Shown here in pieces: positions 1 through 11,400 of a stretch of DNA of 64,000 nt. The notes under the pieces are model-generated. The model was given only the letters and a program-made list of their open reading frames with translations. It did no database searches and was not told the DNA's origin. The DNA comes from Marsupella aquatica (Eukaryota; Plantae; Marchantiophyta): the NCBI GenBank assembly GCA_973895155.1, contig OZ316892.1, positions 1,615,223-1,679,222 of the forward strand, in the 5' to 3' direction. Made by a program: the position numbers and the translations under genes. The stretch's first letter is position 1. Each line of letters opens with the position of its first letter.

Positions 1-1095
1 ACTGCATCAGTTGCTCCTCCTTCCAGTGGCAAAGCAACCAGTGCCAACAAATTGCCTAAGCAACCACAGAAGCAACCCGCTCAGAAGGAGGCTCACAACG
101 CACAGGCAACTCAACTCCAGTCTCTGACTCATGAGGTTGAGTCATTACATGCCCAACTTGCCAACATCAAAGGCAAGTCTATTGCCTCTACTGGTCCTTC
201 TCAACCGGCTGGTCACGTGCAACCCATCCCTGGCCCAGGCACCACTGACAGTTCAGCACCCCTACCCCGCTCTTTCTATGGCTTGCCATTTGATGCTCAT
301 ATGGGTGAGTGTGTGCTGTCCTCTGCGACACAGCCTGGCCTTACAGCAGCATTTTCAGATTCATTCTGCCCTTCCTATTTTGCTTACCAGCAGGCCAGTG
401 CTGCCTCCCGTATTGCTCCCACACGCCGCATTGTACAAGCTGATGGTCTTGCTGCTGGTCCTATGACTAGAGCCAAGTGAGCTCGGGCTGTCATGCCCCA
501 ATCTTTTCAGCCACTCACACTTGCTGAAGAGCGCACCTTGTTGGCGAGGGGGGAGGGAGCTGCAGCTACATCCATTCCACCACCAGGTGCTGCTGACATT
601 TCACAGGGAGTTGTTTTTCCTGAGCTGCTTGAGCATTTCACCTCCGGTATGGCACAAAGGATTCTTACCACTCCACTTTTCAGTTGCCATGATTTACAGC
701 TGGATGCTAGAGCTGTCATCAGAGCGCTAGAGGGCTCACTACATTCTTCATCAACCCCTGTGACACCGGTTTTGGAGGTCCAATCTCATGTTAATACTGG
801 ACCTTCTTCTTCTCCACTGCATGCTTCCACTGGTTTGGCTATCCCAGTACCGATTTCCAGTGGTAGAGATGACAGTATTGCTACAGATTGTGTGACCAGA
901 GCTACACTTGATTCTGGTCATGCTGCTCCATCTTTCCTGGCTATGCTATTGAGTGGGAAGACCATGGACACTAACTCCCTTCACAAGGTACCTCATCATT
1001 TGCCAAAAGTGGTGCCTAGTGACAGGACTTTAGTTTCCACCACCATTGCCATTGTTGACAACAGGAATTCAGCAGTCAAGTTGGAGGGTCACACT

Positions 1096-1420
1096 CATCA
1101 GGTGGTCATGCTAGACACAGGCGCTCAACCAGTAATCTTGGGCATTCAGTTTGCCAAGAAGATGGGATTGCTGACTGATCATTTATAGCAATCCAGGTGG
1201 CACATTCGGACTGCTAGTGGCACTGTGGAGGATGTGTTGGGTGAGAGTTCTACTTTACTCACTCTCACTTTTAATGGAGGTACAGATCAGGAACTGCATT
1301 TCCCAGTCAGATGTTTGGTTACCAATGCTACTACGTATGATGTGCTCATTGGCCAGGAGGCTTTGTTCCCACCAGGTTTTACCATTGACAACTGGCATGA
1401 GCATGCATACTATAGAGTTG
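1096..1420 (+). pseudogene. Retroelement aspartic protease domain, interrupted by an in-frame TAG
   Basis: VMLDTGAQPVILG (DTG catalytic motif, ~1105-1143), then IRTASG and YDVLIG after the stop at 1186-1188. Confidence 0.85.
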
Positions 1421-1770
1421 ATTGGCATACGGATGGCTCACACTTGGGATACATTCCACTTGATTTGCATGGTGCCCATACCCCTATGGCTCACCACTGT
1501 GTGTTGAAAGTAGTGCACATAGCTACCTATGTCAACCACCCATTGCAGGATTGGATTGAGGATGAGGTGGCTACTGCACATGCTGCTGCACGTGTAGCAG
1601 CACTTTCCAGCAACGTGGATCATCAACCAGAGGTGGTACAACGGCTCCAAGCAGCCCATGGACCTTTGGTGGCTGCATTGCACAAATTTGAGGACCTTGG
1701 GCAGCATAATGGACAACCAATGCCCCCAATCTTGAGCGCACCAGTTACCTGGACTCCTCCTTCAGATGGC

Positions 1771-2715
1771 CTTACATTGCTTGAGCTTTTTGGTGGCATT
1801 TCTACAGGCCTGGAAGCTCTCCTAAAGTTTGGCATGGTGGTGAAGCAGTACATCTATGTGGATATTGATCCAAGTGCAAGGCAAGTGGCTGAATCCCGTC
1901 TGCTGGAATTTTCAGAGCGATTTCCTCAGCAGTTTCCACACAGTGCATGGAAGTCTGCATTTTCTTTCTTTCCTCCAGATATCCAGCTTGTCCAGCACCG
2001 CCACTTAACCCTTCTTGGCTCCCTTGATTTGATCATAGCTGGTTGGGAATGCCAAGGGTTTTTAGCTGCTGGTCACGGTGCTGGACTGCATGATTCTCGT
2101 TCTGGCCTTTTCACAGCATTGGTTCAGATTCTCACCTGGGCTCAATCCCTTTATCCTGCTATTGGTTATATCATTGAGAATACTCCATCTCAGTTTGACC
2201 AGCATCCACAGGTCAAAGAGGATTTCAGTGTGGTCCAGCACTACTTGGGACCACCCCTTCTCATTGATGCAGTGCACTGTGGTTCTTATGCACATCGTCT
2301 TCGTAACTTTTGGACTAACCTTGCACCACCTTCCTTGCTAGAGATGGCTCTTCACCACACATCCAGGGACACTAACCTTATAGTGGACCAGATTTTGGAT
2401 CCTGACAGTTCTTGCCAACCAGTTACACGGCAAGAGCCAGCACCTTGGTATCCAGCTAATACCATTGGACAACCCCGTGCTGCTTGGCCTACATTTGTGT
2501 CCTTTCCAGGTGCACATGCTTTTCAGGGTGATGGTCCTGGGCTGGTTTATCGACATTCTATCGGTACATGGGATGAACCTAGTCCTGAGGAGAGAGAACG
2601 GGCTATGGGCTTCCAACCCGGTACTACAGGTCACACCAAAATCACCAGGCTGGCCAGGAATGCTTTACTTGGCAGGGTAATGGATCTCAATGCTCTCACT
2701 TGGCTTCTGGTCACT
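1771..2715 (+). CDS. C5 cytosine DNA methyltransferase domain (Dnmt3/DRM-like) within Pol
   Basis: Motifs in canonical order: I LLELFGGIS (~1777), II YVDID, IV DLIIAGWECQGF (Cys ~2050), VI YIIENT (~2176), VIII AHRLRNFWTNL (~2296), IX ERERAMGFQPGTT, X RNALLGRVMD (~2656-2685). Confidence 0.9.
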
Positions 2716-3189
2716 TGCATCCTTTTTCAGATGTACATTCCTCCAACATTAGGAGCTCCAGCCCTACCCCTCCACAGTGCTGCTACATGGCATCCAGACC
2801 AGGTGCACTTACCTCTATTCAACACTCACCACTTCAGTCCAAGTGTTGGGGGGGAGGAGGTCCCTTGTAATGTGGCTGACATTATTTCTGAGTTTCATGG
2901 TGTGGATCAGACCAGAGCAACAGATACAGCAGGCCTTGGAGAGGCCTCATCACCTTATCAGCAGCATGCTAGCAGCTTGGACAGTGGAGAGGCTGGCACT
3001 TCTGGCTCTTCAAGCACGAGTACATCAGGTCCTATTCCTAGTGTTGCCAACTACACATTTATCATGGGCAACCACCTGAGTAAAAGACAGAAAGACCAGC
3101 TGCTGAATTTTCTCCTCAAGCATGAGAATGTGTTTGCTTTCTCTATGAAGGACTTGGGTAAGTGCAAGACTATGCAGTTCTCCATTGAG

Positions 3190-3830
3190 TTGGCTGATGA
3201 AACACCTATCTTTAGGCGGAGACACCGTTTGAGTAAGCATGAGTGGCAGCTGGTGGATGAGAGGTGCCAAGAGCTTTATGAAGCTGGTCTTATTCAGCCA
3301 TCTACATCAGATTTTGCGGCAGCTACAGTGATGCCAGCAAAGAAGGATTCCAGTGGATTGTGGACAGAGAAGCGCATGTGTGGGGACTACAGGCCATTGA
3401 ACCTGGTCACACCCCAGGACAGGTACCCCATGCCGTGGCCAGAGGAGCTATTTGACAGCATTGGAGACTCATACATCTTCACTCTTGTGGATCTAAGGCA
3501 AGGCTTCAACCAGATTTTGCTGCTTGCAAAGGATCGCAAGAAAACAACTTTCCATGGTAGTAACCAACTATGGGAGTGGTTGGTGATGCCATTTGGCTTG
3601 AAGAATGCGCCCATATTCTTTCAAAGAGTCATGGACCAGGTTCTGCAAGGTGCTGTGTTTCTGAAATGCTACATTGATGATGTGTTGGTCCACAGCAAAG
3701 GATTTGACCAGCATCTACTTGACCTTGAGGAGCTATTCATGAGGCTTAAGAAGGTGAACCTAAAGATACACCCCAAGAAGTGTGAATTTGCTGTCAGATC
3801 AGTAGTATATCTTGGGCATCGCATTCTTCC
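3190..3830 (+). CDS. Reverse transcriptase domain
   Basis: KRMCGDYRPLN, DRYPMP, VDLRQGFNQI, VMPFGLKNAP, YIDD (3670-3681), KIHPKKC, YLGH. Confidence 0.97.
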
Positions 3831-4089
3831 AAATGGAACCATGGCTCACTGGGCCAAGGTGGTATCCATCTTGGAAATGCCCACTCCTACCGATGTTCAC
3901 ACTTTGAGGAGTTTTATTGGGTTGTGCAATTACTACCGGATCTACATCAAAGATTTCAGTACCATTGCACACCCATTGTATTCTTTGTTGAAAAAGAATG
4001 TGACTTGGACATGGAGTACAGATGCTGAGGCAGCATTTGCCACTTTGAAGGAGAAGCTCTCAGAATACCCGGTGCTGAGAAGACCTGAT

Positions 4090-4470
4090 TTCAACAAGGT
4101 CTTTGTGCTACACACAGATTGGAGTGCCCTTGGGATTGGTGCCATTCTGGGCCAGCATGATGAGGAAGGTAAAGAGTATGTCATTGCCTATGCATCTAGG
4201 AGCAACAATCAGGCAGAGAGTCATTATTCTTCTTATGAGGGTGAATGCCTTGCTGTTGTGTGGGCTGTCATACATTACAGGCCCTACCTCTATGGGACCA
4301 GGTTTGTTCTCTACACCGACCACCAGCCCTTGAAGTGGTTGATGACCAACGACAAGCTTACTGGCAAGCTTGCTCGTTGGGCACTCATACTCCAGGAGTA
4401 TGATTTTGAGGTAATTCATAGGCCTGGTGTGACACATCAAAATGCTGACACTATGTCCCGCAGCCCTTTG
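4090..4470 (+). CDS. RNase H domain (Ty3 type)
   Basis: FVLHTDWSALGIGAILGQ, VIAYASR, YSSYEGECLAVVWA, YTDHQPL, HRPGVTHQNADTMSR. Confidence 0.95.
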
Positions 4471-4779
4471 ATTGCCTCTGATGATCCCTCAGATGCACGG
4501 CAGGATTTTGACCAGGTTTCCATCCTGCCTACATTTCATGCATCTACCTATCTTGCTTTGCTGCCATGCTACATTGTTGACCAACCTGTGGTGGACATAT
4601 GGGAGGACAGCGACACTCTGAGATTTCTGCAGGATGGGGAGTACCCCACCCATGTTACTGCTGCCCAGAGAGACCGAATTCAGCAAAGGTCCAAGCGCTA
4701 CTTGTGGAAAGGAGATCATCTTGTGCGCTGCTTGTCAGACAGGGAAATGGTGGTTCCACCCATTCATGAGAGGGTTGGC

Positions 4780-5800
4780 CTTATCCGTAAGGTACATTCT
4801 GAGCTTGGTCATTTTGGTGTTAAGAGGACTTATAGCCTCTTGGTCCCCCATTATCATTGGAGAGGCATGCATGGCCAGGTTCGAGATGTTATTGCCCGGT
4901 GTGAGCAGTGTGATAGGGTAAGGACTTCTTTCACATCTCGGCAACCCACACTTCATCCACTCCCTATTCAGGGCATGTTTTATCGTTGGTCATGTGATTT
5001 GGCTGGAGAATTACCCCTCACATCTCGGGGTAATCTCTACATCATGATCATGATAGAGCATTTCTCCAAGTGGATAGAACTTGTGGCATTGCCGGATAAG
5101 ACCTCCCGTAGCACCAGCCAGGCATTCTTGCAACAAGTTCTCAGCCGCTTTGGAGCTTGTGCAGAATGTCTCACTGACCAGGGCTCAGAGTTTAGAGGAG
5201 AGTTCCAGGAGCTGCTTGATCAGGCTCTCATTGATCATCGCCGGACATCACGAGATCACCCACAGGCAGATGGCTTGGCAGAGCGCATGGTTCAGACATG
5301 CAAGAAGGGCCTTCGGAAGATCTGCCTCACCAAAAACAAGGAGGATTGGGACCTGGCCTTACCCTACATTGCCATGGGGTATAGGATGTCCAGACATGCA
5401 TCACTGTCTAACTTTTCTCCCTACTTCTTGTTGTTTGGTCGTCACCCAGTTCCACCTTCTACTATTGCTTCTCACATGCTTCAGGTGGTGGACTTGGATT
5501 CAGCTGTGACTTGGTCTGATGTGATCTCTGAGAGGGCTGCCCTATTCAGGAGGGTTATGCCCATGGCCATGGAGAATTTGGCCATTGCACAGCATAGGGA
5601 CACACTGCGTTATGCACACACACGAGGGGGCACTTTTCAGCCCAAGGTCAGGAAGTTTGAAGTGGGAGATTTTGTGTACTTGCAGCGGCAAGCTAACGAC
5701 ACCCTGGACACCTCTACCAGTCGTACTATTCTCAGGGTTAAAGCTATTCGACCGTCTGGAGTGCTAGAGTTACAAGGGGCAGATGGGCGCACAATTGCTG
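4780..5800 (+). CDS. Integrase (HHCC zinc finger, DDE core, C-terminal region)
   Basis: HSELGH...CEQC; WSCDLAG, LTDQGSEF, HPQADGLAERMVQ; SPYFLLFGR; FEVGDFVYL. Confidence 0.95.
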
Positions 5801-5889
5801 ACAATGCCAAGAATTGCGCCCCTTGTCATCTGCCTAACCTAGATCCCACCATTGTGACTTCTACTTGGATTCCACCTGTGGACTACCCT

Positions 5890-6041
5890 TGCAAGGTGTG
5901 TTTGCGAATTGATGATGCTGACCAGATGCTGCTGTGTGACAATTGCATGGAGGGTACCATCTTTTCTGCCTTCGGCCTGAACTTACCCAGGTGCTAGAAG
6001 GGTTATGGTTTTGCCCTTCTTGTGCTCCACGTGCTACCTGA
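5890..6041 (+). pseudogene. C-terminal PHD finger of Pol, split by a 1-bp frameshift
   Basis: CKVCLRIDDADQMLLCDNC in the pol frame, then in the shifted frame GGYHLFCLRPELTQVLEGLWFCPSCAPRAT*. Together these give the C4HC3 pattern with the conserved W before the last CxxC. Confidence 0.88.
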
Positions 6042-6617
6042 ATTTTCTTCAGCCCTCCTTTTGGCTGTGGTCTGGGGGGGATACAGAGGTTTACACCTCC
6101 ACTACGTACATACCACTTCATTTGCTTTTTCTTGGCACTTGTGAATGTGATTGGACTTTTTCTATGCATGTTGGTTGCTAGCAGCTTGCACATATGCCTT
6201 GCCGGTGACTTGTATGTTTTCGATACACTATGGCTACGATACTATATGTCACGACAGGGCAGCTGTGGTTTAAAGGCCTGAGAGATGGTCCAGCAATATG
6301 CAACCTAAAGTCATCAGTGTTTGACTGCACTGCTCTCGTTGTTGCCCAGCAATTTGCAACCGAAAAACCTCTGTTGATTATGCCTCAGTATGATCCTATC
6401 TAGTATGAACCCTTTCATTTTGTCTGTGCATTAAAGAAGAGGGCTACCGATGCACTTATGGAATAAATTCAGAAAGGAGGCTAGCCTGGGCACAACAGGA
6501 GACTGAACGCGCCAATAATTGGGTTGCAACACCACAGAAGACACTGTTGTTTATGCAAAGGATGTCTTATCATGAGAGCTTCTATGGCCATGATCGATTA
6601 ACAGGTTCAATCAAATC

Positions 6618-6750
6618 AATTATGTGAACAGTATCTGTGAATCTGGATGCAGTAGAATTCAACATCGCAAAAACCATAAGTGCAATTCTATGAATTATGT
6701 GAACACTATCTGTGAATCTGGATGTGGTGGAATTCTACATCACGAAAACA
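6618..6750. repeat. ~75-bp imperfect direct repeat (2 copies)
   Basis: aattatgtgaaca-tatctgtgaatctggatg...gaattc-acatc occurs at ~6618 and ~6694. Confidence 0.8.
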
Positions 6751-6972
6751 AAACAAATACTTAGGGGTCCACGAACTTATTAAATTTTCCTGGCGCCGGA
6801 AATGCCATATGTGAAGAGATATTTGGCGAGCAGGGCAGGGGCGAGTGACCAACTTCAGTTGGGATAGAGCAGGTTGGATAAAGATTTTTTGAGGAAAATC
6901 CACACCCTAGGATGCAAACATGTGGCATGATTTGAGCCATCAGATGCTTATGAGTTAAGTGGTAAACTTAAA

Positions 6973-7260
6973 CATTGCTAGAAAAAGGTGACATTCTAGT
7001 CAAAAATAAAATAAAATCAGGACAAGGTATCAATTTCAGACAAAAAAGTGGCAAATAGTAAATTTGAGAAGCTAGAAATCAGAAAAGTCTTAAAGCATTA
7101 AGAACGTGTTAACTTAGCCATTGCTAGAAAAAGGTGACATTCTAGTCAAAATTTTTAAAAATCATGACAAGGTATTAATTTCACACAAAATAGTGGCCAA
7201 TAGTAAATCTCAGGAGCTAGAAATCAGAAAAGTCTTTAAGGCATTAAGAACGTGTTCAAC
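6973..7260. repeat. ~146-bp tandem duplication
   Basis: cattgctagaaaaaggtgacattctagtcaaaa...gcattaagaacgtgtt occurs at ~6973 and ~7119. Confidence 0.9.
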
Positions 7261-7622
7261 GAAAGAACGAAGGGAAAGACCGCGAAATGGCCCCGATCAT
7301 CATTTTCATCACCCGAAAGATCGAGCGAGAGATTGGCGGAGTTGTGAGCACCACACGATCGCTCCATAGCCGAGGCTGGAAAATAACATTGACCACCAAC
7401 GACATAACCCATCCACCCATTACTGTGTCTCCATCCCTCTCCATGTCTGATGTCCCCGAGCAAGCAAGCAAGCAAGCAAAGAAAGAGCTCCAGCAGTGAA
7501 GTAGAAGTGCAGTAGTCACTGGCAGCAAGCCTCCTCCACCAGGCCCAGATTCATTGCCCACAGCACACTGCCATCTCGCACCCATTCGGCCAGGATTCAT
7601 TTCAATTTCCACATTGAGAGCC

Positions 7623-7656
7623 CACGCATTGATCACGCATTGATCACGCATTGATC
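7623..7656. repeat. 11-bp tandem repeat (cacgcattgat x3)
   Basis: Directly visible upstream of the SEP-like gene. Confidence 0.85.
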
Positions 7657-7811
7657 CCGAGTTCCACAAATCCAGTCGAAAGCTGCAGTAGCAGTTCACC
7701 TGCGCTGGGTTTTTGGGTGCCATTGGGATTCAAGTATGACGGAGGATGTTTGAAAACTTCTTAATGTGGCTTTGATTGCAGTGCTTCAGCATTGAGGGTC
7801 GTCGTCCATCC

Positions 7812-8453
7812 ATGGCAACAACAACCATGCAATCGTTAGTGGGTCTCTCATCCCGCTCTGGAATCGCTGGTATTCCCTGCCAATTCTCCAGCAGGGCGGT
7901 CAGGACGCAGAGAAGAAATTTGGGGGGAGGGGGAGTTGCAGCGAACATCAGGGCGCAAGCTGCAGCAGAGGAAGGAGAAGCATCATCATCGGCAGCAGCA
8001 GCGACAGAAGCAGGGACAGAAGTTGGAGGAGATGGAGATGGGGATGACTTTGAAGCTAGGCTAGCAAGGCTTCAAAGGAAGGTCACCAGTGGAACAGGGA
8101 AGAAGGCCGAGGCAAGGAAAGCGAGGAAAGAAGCGGGGGGAGATCCGTATTCTGCAACAACTGCAGCAAAGCCTAAGAAGGATGACATGTTCATTCCACC
8201 GGTGCCCCTCAAGGAGCCTGTTTCGGACGGATTGACTGTCGAGTTGGGGATGACGCCCTACACGGAGAGGTTGAATGGCAGACTAGCAGCTCTGGGACTT
8301 GCAGCGGTGCTGCTCGTAGAGCTTGCCACTGGAGACAGCTTCATCAAGTTTCATGACACCGGAACCCTCACCGTGCAGGTATATACCGTTCTTGGGTTGG
8401 CTGCCCTCTTCGTCAAGTATGAGAAAGAGAAGATTAGCATCTGGCCCAAGTAG
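7812..8453 (+). CDS. LHC-like / stress-enhanced protein (SEP family, SEP4-like), chloroplast-targeted, single exon
   Basis: Ser/Thr/Arg-rich transit peptide (MATTTMQSLVGLSSRS), chlorophyll-binding helix TPYTERLNGRLAALGLAAVLLVELATG, and a second hydrophobic helix. Confidence 0.8.
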   Translation: MATTTMQSLVGLSSRSGIAGIPCQFSSRAVRTQRRNLGGGGVAANIRAQAAAEEGEASSSAAAATEAGTEVGGDGDGDDFEARLARLQRKVTSGTGKKAEARKARKEAGGDPYSATTAAKPKKDDMFIPPVPLKEPVSDGLTVELGMTPYTERLNGRLAALGLAAVLLVELATGDSFIKFHDTGTLTVQVYTVLGLAALFVKYEKEKISIWPK

Positions 8454-11400
8454 ATGTTTAGTGGCTGGCGGCCTGGATGGATGGGTTTAAGGAGTCCTAC
8501 TTATGTATTTCCTGCCCAAATGGTAGTCAACGTAGGTGGATGAGATTTTGGAACCCATTGATCTGTAAGGACAGATTCGGAGAGAGGAGAAGTCGTTTAG
8601 ATGTCTCTCTTTCCCCAGTGAAATTGCGATTAGGACTGATTGAAAGAGAGGACGCCAGAATGTATTCTTTGCTATTGATTGCTGGCGATTTTTGCGCCAT
8701 GGTCACAGCGTTGTGCATTATTTTTTCCATCATCATGTTTTTCTGCTTCTTCCTCGTCCGATTCGACACAGCCTTTTGCAATGTCCAGTGAGGTATGGCA
8801 ATTGCCTAGTTAAACGCTCAACTTAGCAAGAATTGCTCTTCTTTTGGCTTGCATTCGGTTGGTTCAGTTTGTCGACTGAGAGACGTTGAATGCATTGTCT
8901 CATGGCCTTGTCAATTGAGTTTTCAATTCCGTTTCTCCATTTTTTTACGGGCCCGGCCCTCCGTCCGTTGAGATTGCCTTTGAACTCTTAACTGCACATC
9001 TTCTCTCTTTTCTCGCTGATTATAGCGCATCTCAGTCATTTGACATCCAGGGCTCGAAGACCCACGACGGATGCCATGGATTTCCCCTCATGCCCTGAAA
9101 TTCTAACTTGATTCGAAAGCTGGCACCTTCTCTGCTCTCAGGGCCGAAAAGGTCACACTTAAAGACGAATCTCAATATCTGATTCATTCTCTTTCCCTGC
9201 AGTCCGGAAAGGGTCACATCTAAATCTGATCAAATGATTCATTCTCTCTCTACGCGTTTGCCCTTCCCATCTTGAGTTTTATGCGTTTCTCTTCTATTCA
9301 GAGTGTGTGCTGTATAGCCAGAGTGCAGTCCTTCGAGAACTCTGCTTGCGTTGGATTGCAAAAAGAATTTAAAATTCTGGTCAGAAGAGGCTTGTTCACT
9401 GACAGTAATTGAATTCTCTACCCTCGACTGCACTAAGCGTTCGCTCGTCAAGAACAACCACGGCCGCAATCAGTTGGGATAAACCTTCTCGCGCAAGTCT
9501 TCACCCTCTCATTATACCATGCATTAACCTTGTTCTGAGGCTTGGTGAGGCTGACTTCAGGAGGGAACTATCATAACTCCTACTAAAGATCTCCAATGCA
9601 ATATACTTAGTGCACCCGTCTCGAGAAATGTATCGGAGGATTGTTTGACAAAGCTGCACTGATGCTTAATTAGGACTGGAGGTCCTACGGGAAACAAACG
9701 CTCGAAGGAATGATTCGCGTTGCACTCGAGGAGAAATTTGAATGACAATACAAAGAAGCTTTCCGAGTGAGATTGTTGAAAGTTGTCTCCATGTGTTCCG
9801 ATAAGAAGATTCACCTAATCGGTCAGCCAAATGGACTGGCTTGGAGCAGAGAGTGACAGGTCACGCTGTTTTGAGCTTCGCCGGGATTGATTCACCTGAG
9901 TGGGCGAAAGACGCCAGCGAGTGATTTGACTGAGTTGGACATAATAATGGATAATGTCGACCACTCCTTGGGTGTGCAAGGTTGATTATCCCATGGGCAA
10001 ACCATTCATTTTTTACTCTTTAAGGACCAGCAACTATCTGCTCCGGAATGAAATGACCGGTTCGAATTCAGTCAGCAGATCTGGACTTGGGGGTTTATTG
10101 GACTCGCCGTTGATACTTTCTCGGGTTTGCCCCACTTCTTTCTACAAATCCGATTACCCTCATGGAGGGCAGTGACTCTGAGGATGCACTTGTACAACTG
10201 ACTTCAATCATAACTGATCTGCTCGATGATCAAACGCGGGATGTAAGACCTTTGCTAGGCTTTGATTGATGATCTGCAGTCAATACCCTGGTTGCCTTAT
10301 CTCCAGTACAGATTCTTCATGTTTGAATTTATTCGGTGGTTTTGGGGTTTACCGTAAATCAGGAAGGTCCTTCAGTATGTTGACCATCTTGCACTTCAGA
10401 ACTCCAGCACTTTCGTGGCGTCAATCACAGGTTAGTCTGTCAGTGTATAGATACTCATCTCTACTCGTTGTCTGGTATGCTTTTTCACGGATTGAAATCT
10501 TCTAGTTGATTGTTTAGCCTCGCCATTTTAAGTGTTTCCAGTCAGACCTCGACAGTTGGAAGTCAGTTACAGCAATGATCTTGCCTTGGGACATTGCGAT
10601 TGATTCGTACAATAATTGCAGTATCGGAAAGAGCAATTAAACAAATACTTTTCGCTCATCAGGGTTCTGATAGGGCACTTTGTCCATACACACTTCATGC
10701 TATCAGTTTATGCAGTCGAGGTCACGTTCATAAGTATGACCTACTAAGTGCAATTTCTCCATACTCAAACTTAGTGGAATTCGTCTGTGTACGTAGAGAT
10801 CAATTTCAAAAGTATTACGTCAATAAGTGTACCGTCTATTCATAGAGTTGCACTACCCAATAACTGCAAGTACTATTCAAGAAATCGCACTTATCGGTCA
10901 TGTTCGCTCGAGAAAATTTATATTATGCATTCTTGCACTACGCAAAGTTATCCAGGGAGGGAAGCTGTTATTTACATACTAAGGATTGCACGAAAAATCT
11001 TGCACTTATTGTGTATTTTCAAGTATCACGGTCCGACCGTATTCTTGGTTTGACACATTATTTGTTCCTGTGGAGCGTTAGCTACATATTATTCCTGGGG
11101 GCTATAATATGTCGGTCTGGGCATGCGACATTTGTCCATAGTTTCACTGATAGGTTGCAGCCAGAGTTTAAGCTTGTGAGCGACAAATCGAAGGCGAATT
11201 TGCCACTCAATGTGGACCTTCTGTGAAGTTGCAGACAATGGATTTAAATCGTGCCTCATGTGCACCTCCTCAGGTCCATCCACAAGTGCACAGGACTCGT
11301 GAGAGAATAAGTGAGCTCATTTACGGGTTCGACAACGATATGACCAAACATTGGTTTACAGCATAAGGTTAACAGCACGCAGATTCGTACATGCAGCCAT

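Larger units (their letters stand above)
1..6041 (+). mobile_element. Ty3/Gypsy retrotransposon coding region (gag-like region, PR, DNMT, RT, RNase H, integrase, PHD); 5' end outside the window; decayed
   Basis: ORFs 52-480, 493-1188 and 1225-5997 share one frame and are separated only by single stops (TGA 478-480, TAG 1186-1188). RT-RH-INT order is Gypsy-type. A frameshift near 5947 extends the reading to TGA 6039-6041. Confidence 0.95.

Noticed and set aside
470-1230. Programmed stop-codon readthrough between gag and pol
   Set aside because: The TAG falls inside the protease domain and both stops are single transitions from sense codons, so decay is the simpler explanation.
1771-2715. Host DRM/Dnmt3 gene or bacterial restriction-modification contamination
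   Set aside because: The domain is intronless and in-frame within Pol, with no UBA or other host domains and no nuclease partner, and the flanking DNA is plant.
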